A stretch of 47,725 bases of DNA, taken from positions 1 to 47,725 of the forward strand of contig JBNGIO010006247.1 in assembly GCA_049999805.1 (NCBI GenBank). Reading direction: 5' to 3'. The notes beneath the pieces were generated by a model, which saw only the letters and a program-made list of their open reading frames with translations, was not told the DNA's origin and made no database searches. Of the stretch, positions 1-11,482 are shown piece after piece. The translations under genes were made by a program, and so were the position numbers. Position 1 is the stretch's first letter. Each line of letters opens with the position of its first letter. Source of the DNA: Folioceros fuciformis. Its lineage: Eukaryota.

Positions 1-970
1 CTTTTCCAATGCAAGTAGCCTACTAGCTGCCAAAACTTGAGAGATTCGATTGGGAACTTCGCCCTTGACCATAGCAGCTGCTAGTGTATAAAGCTCCGAA
101 AAACCACTTGAGGGATCCTCAGGAGAAAAATAATCTCGAAAATGGTCATAAACTGTGCCAAACAAACACCCTGTAGAAAGTCGCGGCGCAGAAGAAAGTG
201 CATGCCCAAAAACAACCCTATCCAAGGAAAAAAGGCTCCTCAACTGTGTGGTCAAGAAGATCTTGCGGTATAGTGTCATGAGGTTCTAGATGAAGGGCAC
301 GAAGTGCAGCAATGGTGTCCTCAGTTGCAGATGCAGCCGACTCTGGGCGCAATGCTCTAGTAGCCCGAACATATTCACCATCCCTGCCCAACATGAGACA
401 TCGCTTGAGACGCGCTTTAAATGGGTCATGGCCTTGTCAACCTTAGCTAACTCCAATTGAGATTTTGCTGCTAGCAAATCCTCCTCCTGAAGAGCTTGCC
501 AATCTCCGGATGAAAAACAGTGAAGTCAAGAGGCCACCTCCCTATGACCTGATGGACCACCTCTAGAGCGCCGAAGGCACCATCTAGGCAGGAAAAGGAA
601 CAAAATCCAAGCACCCTCATCCCTTGGGTCCCGAGCAAGGCAATCCAAGGGAAGACGATAAGCAAGGCGAATATCATCATGTAGGCGCCTGGGGAGATGT
701 CGGAAGAGGCGAGGACATGGAAAACGAGCATGGAAAAGAGCCAACAAGTGATCAGATTGCCCTCGAAGCCACAACCAAGCCTCCGGGGATGGCCCCAGAG
801 GATCTATTAGAAGAGGATTAGCACCTGGTTCGGAGGAAGAAGCAAGTCGCACTTATGCCACCCAAGTTGTCCTATCGAAGTCCTTATGCTTGTGACCAAT
901 ATGGCATTTCAACCCCTTGACCTTGGAGCAAAGTTGACAACACACTGGGCAAGGGGTGTCCTTGACAGGT
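1..970 (-). mobile_element. Degenerate CRE-clade non-LTR retrotransposon ORF, 5' part: C2H2 zinc finger, pre-RT region and start of RT; runs off the window edge
   Basis: Minus-strand translation gives CPVCCQLCSKVKGLKCHIGHKH (C-x2-C-x12-H-x4-H, ~885-950). It continues in frame after one stop into ORF 526..852 (WILFLFLPRWCLRRSRGG), then GDWQAL, and ends VYDHFRD...GEVPNRISQVLAASRLLALEK at base 1. It has stops and frameshifts. Confidence 0.75.
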
Positions 971-1089
971 AAAGGCTGGGTGTCAGGCACCATGTGATAG
1001 AAGCATGTAGAAATCTTGTAAAATGATCAAAACCAAACAATTGTACTCCTCATTGTAACCCACAACCCTATAATGCCCTCCATAAGCTC

Positions 1090-1720
1090 CACTCTAAGCC
1101 GCTCAACCCTAGACCCATTTTGCTCCACAATGTTTATAAAACCCTAAACCCACTTTTCTCCATCGTGTCACTAAACCCTAAACCCATTTTTGCTCCATAA
1201 TGCTGATAAAAACCCTAATCCATTTTTCTCCACTATGTTGCTACACCCTAAACCCACTCTACTCTGCCATGTGGCTAAACCCTAAACCTATTCTGTTCCA
1301 TCATGTCGTTAAACCCTAAACCTATTTTTCTTCGCAATGCCCCTAAACCCTACATCCATTCTCCCCCGCCATGCCCTAAATCCATTCTACTTCTGCCATG
1401 CTTGTAAACTGTAAACCTTGTTGCTCTGCCATGCCACTAAACCCTAATCTCATTCTGCTATGCCATTTTACTAAACACCAAACTCATTCCGCTTTGCTCT
1501 GCCGCTAAACCCTAAACCTTACTTGCTTGCTCCACCATATCGGTATACCATTTTTCGGTACCTTCCTCACGTGAACACAAACACACAACCAAAACCCTAA
1601 TGAATGTGGCCTTGCCTTACATCACTTTTCATCGTCCAAACTCTTCCCCCAAAGAGCACCTCTTAGAAACCCTAGGCCCATATCCCTAAAGAGCACCTCT
1701 TAGAAACCCTAGGCCCATAG
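1090..1720. repeat. Degenerate interstitial telomere-like minisatellite (AAACCCT motifs in ~40-bp units)
   Basis: (ct)aaaccctaaaccc/aaaccctaa recurs about every 40 bp. The array ends with a ~37-bp direct duplication (aaagagcacctcttagaaaccctaggcccata x2, ~1650-1720). Confidence 0.8.
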
Positions 1721-1731
1721 TCGTCACACCT

Positions 1732-1955
1732 ATGCCACACCACCACCCTACGCTCCACGTTCATCACCACCGCCCTACTCTCTATCACCACTGCCCCACG
1801 CTCACCATCGTCGTATCACCACTGCCCTACGCTCACCATCGTCATATCACCACTGCCCTACGCTCACCATCGCCGTACGCTCATCATCGTCGTATCACCG
1901 CTGCCCTACGCTCACCATCACCGTACGCTTACCATCGCCGTATCACCACTGCTCA
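1732..1955. repeat. C-rich short tandem repeat (tcaccac.gccctacgc / tcaccatcg.cgta units)
   Basis: Imperfect 15-17 bp units repeat directly. They produce the low-complexity N-terminus of ORF 1732..2289. Confidence 0.75.
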
Positions 1956-1959
1956 TCCT

Positions 1960-2960
1960 TTTCAAGCAGTATCCATGTTGGGCAAGGATGGGGAATATGC
2001 TCGGGCTGGTGCACTACGTACAGAGCCGGCAGCATATGCAACTAAGGATACCATTGCTGCACATCACGCCATTCACCCAGAACCTCATGACATTATACCC
2101 CAAGATCTTCTTGACCACATGGCCGATGAGACTTTTTACTTGGATTGGATTGTTTTTTATCATGCACTCTATTATGTGCCGTGGCTTTCTTTAGGGAGTT
2201 TGCCTATGACAGTTTATGACCATTTTTTAGAGTATATTTCTCTTGAAGATCCTCAAATGGTTTTTCGGAGTTTTTTATACTATGCCTAGGGGCGAAGTTC
2301 TCAATCAAATCTCTCAAGTCTTGTAGGTTGCTAGCATTAGAAAAACCCAACTCAAGAGTGTGTCTTATTGCTGTGGCGGAAGAGTTTTTGTGCCTTTATC
2401 AACTGAAGTATCGCGATTCAACTTGAAGAACACTTATAAGCACATGTTGCACCCCACCAATTTGGGATTTCATGTGGTTGTGAATCTGCTGCCCTCAGCA
2501 TCCAGGCAGCTCTCGAGTTACATCCTCACTAGGTAGCTTTGTAGGTTGATATCCAAAATGCTTTCAACATCGTCTCCAGGGTTGTCATCTTCTTAAAGTT
2601 CAAAACTGCAGGAGGTCAATTGGGTCGTCCCATCCCTTTTGTTCGCTCCTTCTATGGCTTACCATCCACGCTCTATTTACCAACACAACCTGACTATTGA
2701 GGGGGTCTCAATTTTTTATCTAGCAACGGGCACAAGGCGACGGGGTCCACTAGGGGATGCTCTTTTTGGAATGCCACATTTTCGAGCGTTGTCTTCTACT
2801 GCTTTAGCATTTCGAGAATGCTTTTTCCCATCCATGGCTGACTTGACGCTTATATTCTTGGGCCAAGAGTCATAGTCATAATAGCATTTGATTTCTTCTT
2901 GTTAGAGCTTTCCAAGGTCGAGGTGAAGGTTAAGCTGTCTAAATGTAGGATTTGGTCCCT
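1960..2960 (+). mobile_element. Degenerate CRE-clade non-LTR retrotransposon reverse transcriptase fragment
   Basis: Decayed RT motifs occur in order: RLLALEKP, IAVAEEF, HQFGISCGCES, *VDIQNAFNIVSR, FVRSFYG, GTRRRGPLGDALF (GTRQGDPLG-like) and PSMAD. Bases 1960-2345 align by eye with the reverse complement of 1-410. Confidence 0.8.
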
Positions 2961-3904
2961 TTTAAAAGTGCTCCCCAAAAGGGGCTAGTGCTCCTTTTTG
3001 GCCCTACTCGAGTTGTTCGTCCACTCTTTGGAGTACATGGGACTTTCCATCTTCTTTTCTATAATAAAAAATAATTTATTCCAAAAGATACAAACAAACC
3101 CAAACCATCTATGCTTGTTATGTGGACAAATTTGAACTTTGTTGCACTAATTGAACCATGCTGAGTTAGGAGCTTGCTGTCCAGATCCATCCGTAGCTGC
3201 TCTTCTAGCTCTTGTGCGCGTACCAGCCAACCGGTCCCAAGCGCGGCACGTGTTGGAGATGGCAGTTTCATTGTTCTAGATCTAACCAAACATGGCCCAT
3301 TGGCCTTTAGCATAGTCCAAGCCGTAGGCAACCGCGGATCCCCATTACACAAAAACCACATACCGAAAGCTGTTGTCATTGCCAAAGTAGTTCGTCAACC
3401 CGTTCGTGGTATTGATAACATTGCCTACGCCCATGTTTACGTTGCCCTGGTGTGGAATGAAAAAGTTTGGTAATTGGTCTAAATTAGTCTAGGAAAGTCT
3501 AACTTCCCTAAATCTAAACCTTAAACCAGTTCCTTTTTACTTAGGACAATTCGAAGGGAGGCATGTGGGAGGTAAGTTTTTGGGCAAGCACCCACGGTAG
3601 GTAGTGAGCGGTTGGTAAAGGTTTTATTGGATTTATTCAATTCTATTTGGTAGGTTGGATTTGTTTAGTTCTATTTTGCTAGGTTGGGTGTGCGGTAATA
3701 GGACGAGGTAGCACCGCTTCAAGATAAGAAGAGTACCTACGTGGGGTAGATGCCTAGTAGGGTTTAGGGTCTACTTATAGGCATTTAGCCTAGGCCTAGA
3801 AGGTACCTACATAGGTAGGGAAGGTACTTATACAAGTAGATTTCCCACTAAATGGTAGGAAGCCTATCTACAACAAGTAGGGAACTACCTACAACGGGAG
3901 CAAT

Positions 3905-4077
3905 AGGGAGCCAACCTACAAAGGGAACATTCTCACCCTACGTAGGGTATGAGCCTCAAGTTGAAGAACAAGTGGATCCCTTCTCTACTGAGGGAGCCAA
4001 CCTACAAAGGGAACATTCTCACCCTACATAGGGTAGGAGCCTCAAGTTGAAGAACAAGTGGATCCCTTCTCTACTGA
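3905..4077. repeat. 86-bp near-perfect tandem duplication inside a TAG-rich decayed repeat region
   Basis: agggagccaacctacaaagggaacattctcacccta...cttctctactg starts at 3905 and again at 3991. Confidence 0.85.
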
Positions 4078-4933
4078 TATTGGGAGTGTACCTGTAGGTG
4101 GTGAAGGGATGTCCCAAGAGATCCACATAGAGGAAGGTACAGTGGAAGCTTGGGGATCTACGAGAAGATGGATCCCAATAATGAAGGGGGCCCAGTAGCT
4201 CAACTTGCAGACTCTACTTCCCTTCAGAAAGAATCCTAGTTACTCCCTCAGGTAAGGGGGGGTCTAAGAATCTTCTATGGCGGTGCCAATAGTCTCAATT
4301 TTCAGCGGCGTGCACTCCCTTGGCAATTATCGGTAGGTCTTAGTCTCTTAGTAGGTGTGCGTACTTAAAGTTCGTGGCGGGTAGTGTGAGAGGAGAGTAG
4401 CCCACCACCTACATGTAGGAGAGGGTTCATGTGTCGATCTCTCTTATAACAAGGGGCTACACAAAGAAATGAACCCCCACATTCTGCACTCTTCTCATGG
4501 CGATTCCTCATGCTCAGCTGAGCGTTGGGATTTCATTGCCGGCTATGTGCCATCACAACACCTAGTTGTGGCTAGAGTTGCAGTGATCGAAGTTCTTGGT
4601 GAAGGGCTCATATTCTTCCATGGACACCCTTGCAAGTTGTTTCCTTGTGAATGGTTGTTGTGTGAGTTGTGCCATAGATGTGTGGTGATGATACCTACGT
4701 GACTATTGGCTTGAGTGTAGACTCATTGGAATAGATTCCTTGGAAGTTCTTGCTAACAGATACAAACACGCAACAACCGGCCCAAGGAAAAACTTGTTGG
4801 TTGTTGGACGTAGGGAGACGAGTAGCTGGATTGTTGGGTTAAGAAAGGTGGATTGTTGGGTTGAGAAAGATGGATTATTGAATTGAGAAAAATGAATTGT
4901 TAGGTTGAGAAAGGTGTCATATGAAGCCTTGTG

Positions 4934-5172
4934 AGGAAAGGATATCGAGTGCAAGGAGGTAGAAATCGACACTAGAACATGGGGAAAAGGTATCAAGTGC
5001 AAGGAGGTAGAAATCGACACGAGAACATGGGAAAGGGTATCGAATGCAAGAAGGTAGAAATCTACACGAGAACATGGGGAAAGGGTATGAGTGCAAGGAG
5101 GTAAAAATCGACACAAGAATATGGGAAAGGATATCGAGTGCAAGGATGTAGAAATCAACACGAGAACATGGG
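4934..5172. repeat. Minisatellite, five copies of a 47-48 bp unit
   Basis: The unit ggaaagg(a/g)tatcgagtgcaaggaggtagaaatcgacacgagaacatg repeats five times with substitutions. Confidence 0.9.
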
Positions 5173-5204
5173 GAGAACATGGGTTCCTTCTAGTACGGAC
5201 GTTT

Positions 5205-5320
5205 ACATAATTGGGAGTGTTTGAACATAATTGGGAGTGTTTGACTATCGTTCCCCAGTGTTTGACTATCGTTCCCCAGTGTTTGACTATCGTTGGGGAA
5301 CGATAAATGTAGCTTACTAG
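5205..5320. repeat. Short tandem repeats (20-21 bp) ending in a hairpin; possible DNA-transposon subterminal end
   Basis: acataattgggagtgtttga x2 and ctatcgttccccagtgtttga x2 are followed by tatcgtt-gggg-aacgata and a CTAG about 11 nt later. Confidence 0.6.
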
Positions 5321-5400
5321 GCTCGGAGGGCAGCGATTCGGAGAAGCTTACAACAAGCGTGGGATGGACGTGGATACGATACATTTTGAGCAAGTGCCTA

Positions 5401-5727
5401 CTAGGGGTACCATACCTGCTCCGAGCGCCCACACTTGGCAATGCACACCTGTGTCAGGAGTTTCCTTCCAAGACCTTCGCTGCCCGCGCTACCGTTGGGA
5501 CCGGGACTCGTGATGTTCGCTTTGCCCAGGTACCTGTCTCCCCGTTCTCGTCCACGAAAGCCTTGGTAGATGCCGTCCTCGCTGCCTTCTGATCGACGGA
5601 AAGCGCCGTGGCCGAGGCCGGCCGCAAGTGCGCATGCAGCACCCACGAGCTGCAGGATCACCACCATGTACATGAGCACCAGGGCATGGCGCCACACACT
5701 CACATTCTTTCCTCCTCGCCTGGCCAT
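5401..5727 (-). CDS. Candidate small secreted (pro)peptide precursor, ~108 aa
   Basis: ATG at 5727 (tcaATGG). It encodes a basic N-region MARRGGK, a hydrophobic core ALVLMYMVVILQLVGAACALAAG, a GRKLL motif and a short Cys-containing C-terminus. Confidence 0.35.
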   Translation of the reverse strand: MARRGGKNVSVWRHALVLMYMVVILQLVGAACALAAGLGHGAFRRSEGSEDGIYQGFRGRERGDRYLGKANITSPGPNGSAGSEGLGRKLLTQVCIAKCGRSEQVWYP

Positions 5728-6679
5728 TGATGACAACTGGTTATACGAAATGCTCCAGACAGTGCACTTGGAGCTGGAACGAAGGACCAACGCAGTGGCT
5801 TGGACGAACAGCGAAGAGCCAAGGAGCTAGTGATGGCAGCAACCCGTCTAATTTTATGGCTACTAGTGACTTCGTGTACTGCAGCTTTGATTGTTGGCGA
5901 TAAGGCACCCAATCGGAAAAAGGGTCAAGGATGCTTCCCCGCATGCCGCTGCCAGATTCTGTGTGTGGCAATACAGAAGTAGTTGCGGGGTGCTCATCGT
6001 ACGCAAAGAGGGCCCTCCAGGAGGCTTCCTTGGGATCCAGGTCGATTCAAATAAAAACGACGGCTGATCTCTTTGGGCAGCTTCGAATTGACCCAGCAAT
6101 TCTTCTGATCTTGAAAATATAGGAAACATTTTCAGTAGGGTGGCTTGCGTGGCAGGAAGCTTTACCGTGGCATGGATCTGTCAGTCGTAGATGAGGAGCC
6201 ATAGGCCAGAGCATAAGGATTCACATCGGCACCCACTACTGCGTACGTCGAGTATTGGGTACAAGGAAAAGAAATGCTCATCGTTGTCAACCGCGCCTGG
6301 AGCTCGCAGCGTGAGCAGACTGTCGTCCCAGGCTAGCTTCCTCTCTCTCCCAATTTACACTACACATTTGGGAGGATTTCCCCCGGATGGTGATACAGGC
6401 CAGAGACCTGTCTCCTGTCTCGTTTGGAGGACTAGAAGGAGACCAGTACAAGGCTTCCGGAACCCTTCCTAGCATGCGCCGACCAACTTGTTATACTGAG
6501 TACTGTAATTAATTTGGTGTCCGAAGGAACATATTTCACCGGTACCTGTGAGCTATTCCAGCTGATCGCACTCTGCAATGGAGCCGGTAACCAAGCTCTT
6601 CGATCGCGATGGTCGTTGGTTTTCAGCTTGACATGGAATGTACAGTTTCAGCGGATGCATGTACAGTTTGCCAACTGGA

Positions 6680-7075
6680 CATGGACCACACACTCACATT
6701 CGTCCCACCTCGCCTGGCCATTGATGACAACTAGTAGTATAAAATGCTTCGGACAGTGCATTTCGAGCACGAACGAAGGGCCAACGCACTTGCTTGGAAG
6801 AAGAGTTAACAACAAAATGCCAAGGACTCCGTGATTGCTGGAGAACCCGTCTATACTTTTACACGATACCAGGGACACGTCTACTACTCTGATTGGTGGC
6901 GACGACGTAGCGAATCGTCGAAAAGGGAGAGGGATGCTTCCGCACATGCCTCTGCCGGCCGCTTTGCATGCAACAGCAATGTACTACTGCACAGTACATA
7001 CTGTAGTTTCTGGGGTGGGGTGCTCAACACTGCTCATCGTAAGCAAAGATGGCCGCGCCCGGAGCTTTCCTTGGA
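6680..7075 (-). repeat. Diverged duplicate of 5686-6035 (upstream region plus first 12 codons of the candidate peptide gene)
   Basis: Shared blocks: cacacactcacattc...cctcgcctggccattgatgacaact, ggatgcttcc.c.catgcc.ctgcc and tgctcatcgta.gcaaaga. The copy reads MARRGGTNVSVW, then diverges and hits a stop. Confidence 0.75.
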
Positions 7076-8959
7076 TTTCAGGTCACTTTGGGCAGCTTTG
7101 TCCAAGAACGTAGTTGCTTGCTCTAACCATCAAGAAGGAAAACCAAAGTTGGGGCGCGCATTTTCACATCAGTGCACAGACACGCAGAGGTCAGAGACGT
7201 GACACAACTCGCCTTCCCTCGCTGCATTCTGGACCAAATAATGGGTCCGTTTTCCAATACAATGTATGTCACATTGCTAAAATGACTCAAGATACAGTAT
7301 GTTGAGCTGGGACCCCCCAGTGACTAGCCCGGTGAAAACTGGTACTCGGAACTGTCGCAGAACACAGGAGGCACTTTATTTGCATCTGTAAAGAGCAAAG
7401 GCTTCCTGTCCCACCATCCCCTGCTGGGGATACGCTACCCACATGGTATACCCCCTTGCCACACTCGTTTACGACCGTCGAACACACTCTGCGCCGGGTT
7501 TGGCGCTGCTGAAGGTGGAGTAGGCGGTGCTGAGTGCCACCGTTGTCCTCGAAGTGCAACAAGTCCTAGGGGAAGACGAAGAGGCGGCTGTCCAAGGGTG
7601 CTGTGACAGTCATGGCGCCAGCGAGGGCGCCCTAAACCCTGGGCATAAGCATACCGCGAGCGAGCGAGCACATTCCTCGTACAGTTAGTCCTTGGCAAGC
7701 ACTAAGATCAACTACTGTGCATTGTACAGGAAAATCATATATTACTCTTAGTGTAGAATTTTGTATATTATCCATAACATTGTGGTTATTGTACATGGAC
7801 CCAGACAGTGACTCCTGGCAAGATTTCTACACCAAACGTACTGATCACGAGATGACGGTGGCGGAACGTTTGGTAGTATCACCGTCGGCGGATGCACAAT
7901 GGTGAGCCCTATATAAACTGCAGCTCTTCCACAGATTCTGGCAAGCTGATGCCTGACGCGGCTCACACCTTAGCCTCTTCGTACCCGGTTGAGGGCTCTA
8001 CAACAGGCCTAGTACGCACCGACACAAGAAGGATGTTCCCCATGGCCGATGTTCTCAATCTGTTTGCTTTGCGCATGTGGACGTTGGCAGGGACTGCAAT
8101 TGGGAGTTACAGATCACTGATGAATGAAGTACAATGCGCAAGACTGAGGAAGGTGCAGGCAGCTAATCGCTCAGCATGGCTCTTGGAGTGAAGTTCAGTG
8201 GGACGAAAACGGTTTTGCTGCTGCTGCTACAGTTACAGCTGCGTCGCGTGGCCCTGTGCACTGCGGAGCACGCAATGCATTTGTCAACGGTGTGCGATTC
8301 AGCGCATAAGATCAACTGAACTAAATCGGCACTAGCATTCGTGGTTTTCGCACCATTTGGGAGTGCTCCAGCCTTAGTGATTCGGTCTTGGAACTGGTTG
8401 TCGTTAACGTTGCCGCTGAATCCATTGCCGTCTGCATGCTTCGGTGCATAGACATTAATCAAACATCTGCACCCAGCATGCTTGCTTGGAACCCCCAAGA
8501 AACAGCAGCCGTCTATCTGGTTGTGAACTGCGCGTGGTCGGGTGTAAGCTAGCGACATGAAGCATGTACTAGCTAGCTGGATGAAGTTCTCTGTGCAAGC
8601 GTTTACTCATTATCAAATGTCAAGGTTTTATGTCGAGCGATATGGGAAGCCCCATCCAGGATGGGCTTTCCCCTGGACGGGGCCTCCCATATCGGGCCTC
8701 ACATGTATGTTATGCATATGCTTTTGTTGCATAAACTACAGTACTGTAGTTGCTATACCGCAGAGGATGTAAATTATAATAGTATTATATAAAACTAATT
8801 GATATAGATTATGGTATAGAAAATAACTAGGATGTAGAAGCACACTGGATTCGACGGTTTTGCAGTAGGTCATCTCCAATCCCACCAGCGGATGGATCAG
8901 GCAGCCTTTCCATTCTGCGGTGACAGGGGAGAATTGTTGCTGTGCCTTAGCCTATGACA

Positions 8960-10350
8960 GTTTTGAGCGTACTGTGGGTGTGTGCTAGTCTGGGTGCTCC
9001 GGCTTTGGAGACGGGGAACAAGTTTTGACAAATTGGAGAATCAGGAGAGGAGAGGAAGCTGTGGTGCATGTAGGCAACAGTCTGGTAGACTTGTATAGAA
9101 AGTACGGAATCTTCCCCAGTACGGGAGCTTTGAGGATGCACAAGCTGTGCTTGACATACTTTTCAAAAAAAACGTTCTCACATGGATTGCTCTGATGGCA
9201 GGATATTTCGAGCAGGATAGGACCAGGACGTCCTGCATCTCTACATGAGGAAGCAAACATACGGCATCGTTGGAACGGACGTGAGTGATGTGTGTGTGCC
9301 CCTGCGAGCGTTTGCCATTGTGAGCACATTGGCTTTGGAAACGAGGAAGGAGGTTTTACACTCAACTTAGGAAGGGGATCCATGACGATGACAACAGTTT
9401 GGTAAACAGGTACATAGAGTGTGGCAAGTTTGCAGGAAGATGGTAGGTGAGTGTTTGACGGTCATATGGGTCATGTGCAACTCTAGTTGCAAGATATTCC
9501 CAGCAGGACAGTGTGTGACGAAGTCCTTCATCTCTACAGGGCTGTGCAACGTACGAAGGCCTTGCCTGGCCAGGGCTCTACACAGTTTTTGCCCAAGTCG
9601 CTGGTTTGTAACAGGCTACAGTCTAGGCAGAACATAGTATGATCAAATGCTTGGTGCATGTCTGCATTCAAGTCGGCCACATTATGTGTGTCACCTGCAA
9701 GTCACGCCGGCTTTGGAAAAAGGGAAAGCACATAAATCATGAACCGAGGACTAGTATTTGACGATACTACCAGAAAAAAGAAAAGGAACAAGGATTTGAA
9801 CCTGATGGGTTTGCAGCCAGCGCTTTGGGAAATATGCATGCAAGGTTTGGCACCTTGGACGATGTCCATGGACAAGGACTGCCATGACAACAAGGTATGC
9901 CCAGCAGGACAAGGAACACGAAGCTGTTCGTCTTGACACAGCCATGCAAGAAAGCGGCATTGCTGTATCTAGGTCTGTAACATTTGCGTGCCTCCTTCAG
10001 GCATGTGCAAGTGTGGGAACAAGCCTTTGGCGGAGGGGAAACAACTTCATAGGCATATTGGGGATTAAGGCACCGGATGCTGATGTGTTTTGGCCGGGGG
10101 TTTGGTGAACATGTATCAAAGTGTGGTGGCAGTTTGGAAGATGCCCACAGTGTGCTTGACGGTCCTGTTGCAGAGAACGTGATAGGCAGGAATGCCATGA
10201 CACCACTGCACTTTCAGCAGGGCATTGGAGAGGAGCTCTTTGTCTCGACAGTGCTATGCAACAGAAACCCCACAACTGTACGTGATGGTGTCATATTTCT
10301 GTGCCTCCTTTAGGCATGTGCAAGTGTGGACGCCTCAGTGAATTCCACTG
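8960..10350 (+). pseudogene. Decayed PLS-class pentatricopeptide repeat (PPR) gene
   Basis: Fragments in shifting frames with many stops: VGNSLVDLYRKYG, GSFEDAQAVLD, NVLTWIALMAGY, SVTFACLLQACASVG, KCGGSLEDAHSVLD and DGVIFLCLL*ACAS. Confidence 0.75.
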
Positions 10351-11482
10351 GCACCGTCTGGATTCTCACAAACGAAGACCATTTACATGTGGAAAAGCAG
10401 CAGACATGAAGCAACCTCTTGACCTGGAATTCTCAAAACATTGCACTCTAGTCGTCAGACTGAGAGTGAGAGGGCTTTCGGATTACCAATACGCTAAAAT
10501 GAACGTGGAGCACGGCGTATGTCTACGTGTAGGAAAACCTTCACCGTGGCCACGTGCTTTTAGTCAAGGGATCATGATCACATCCCTCTCCTGACGTTGA
10601 AATGCATCCACCGGGTTGATGGAGACCTCCTTGTTCATGCAACCCCGTCTTACCACAAGGCGGATGTGCCAGTCCTGCAGATAGAGCAGACTCATGACCG
10701 CCACCAATTTTACACTTTCTGCAGATAAAGATACAACTGGACAACAAATACTTGGCTTCAAGAGGTTGTGATGTTTCAACGGGAACCTCTGCAGGTTAAC
10801 TGTAGGTGGAAACCATCGTTGCGTGTGGCCCAGGAGGTGCTTTGTCGTCACAACCATCGTCATGCTCCTGCACTGCCGCAACTAGTGATTGAAGTTTGGA
10901 GTCCTGTGCATTCCGGGCTTAATCCTTGGCTGCCAGCATTTCTGGATCCATATCAGTTGTTGAAGGTCCGTGGAGAGATTTCTGCCCGGATATGTGCTGT
11001 AACAAACTCATTTCTTTAACTCTCCATGGCTGCAACCAACCCAGTCCGTACTTCCTCTCGTTTTCTTTTTTGCGGGTGCTCAGTCGTATTTCTACAGACA
11101 CAACTGACGCTGTCTGTGACTGGGAATCAATCTAACACGGGCAACAGCAGGTGGGTTAGTTCACGTCTCTCCATCCGTGAGTCCTCATGCACGCGCGACA
11201 GAAGCTCATCTGTTGCAGCATTTGACGGAGTACAACAAGCATTCAAGGTCTGAAGCGTACCGTGCAGCACTTCACATACTTGGCTCAGGTGAGCTGCAGT
11301 GGCGAAAAACGTTGTGGCCCAGGAGGTGCTGTAAAGCACCCTCCCTTTCAGCCGTTTGGGCCAGAAGTTCTCGCTCCTGTCGAAGCCTGATATCCACCAT
11401 CCAGCTTCGCCCTTTCCAGAGCTTGAAACAGGCACTTTCCTCCGGACCGAGGGTTTAAACTATCGGAATCAGGGTAGAAGGT

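Noticed and set aside
3170-3470. Protein-like minus-strand read (HQGNVNMGVGNVIN...YVVFV*WG)
   Set aside because: It has several stops and no recognisable family; probably a TE relic, but unassignable.
3480-4900. Gypsy-like gag/LTR remnant
   Set aside because: TAG-rich decayed repeat-like DNA, but no convincing LTR pair, PBS or protein motif.
4703-5180. ORFs 4703..5161 and 4917..5180
   Set aside because: Products of the 47-48 bp minisatellite.
4934-5300. Possible CRISPR-like array
   Set aside because: The units are contiguous tandem repeats without unique spacers. There are no cas genes, and the context is eukaryotic.
10919-11435. Possible small gene divergent from DPH5
   Set aside because: No ATG-initiated, spliceable model or recognisable motif could be built.
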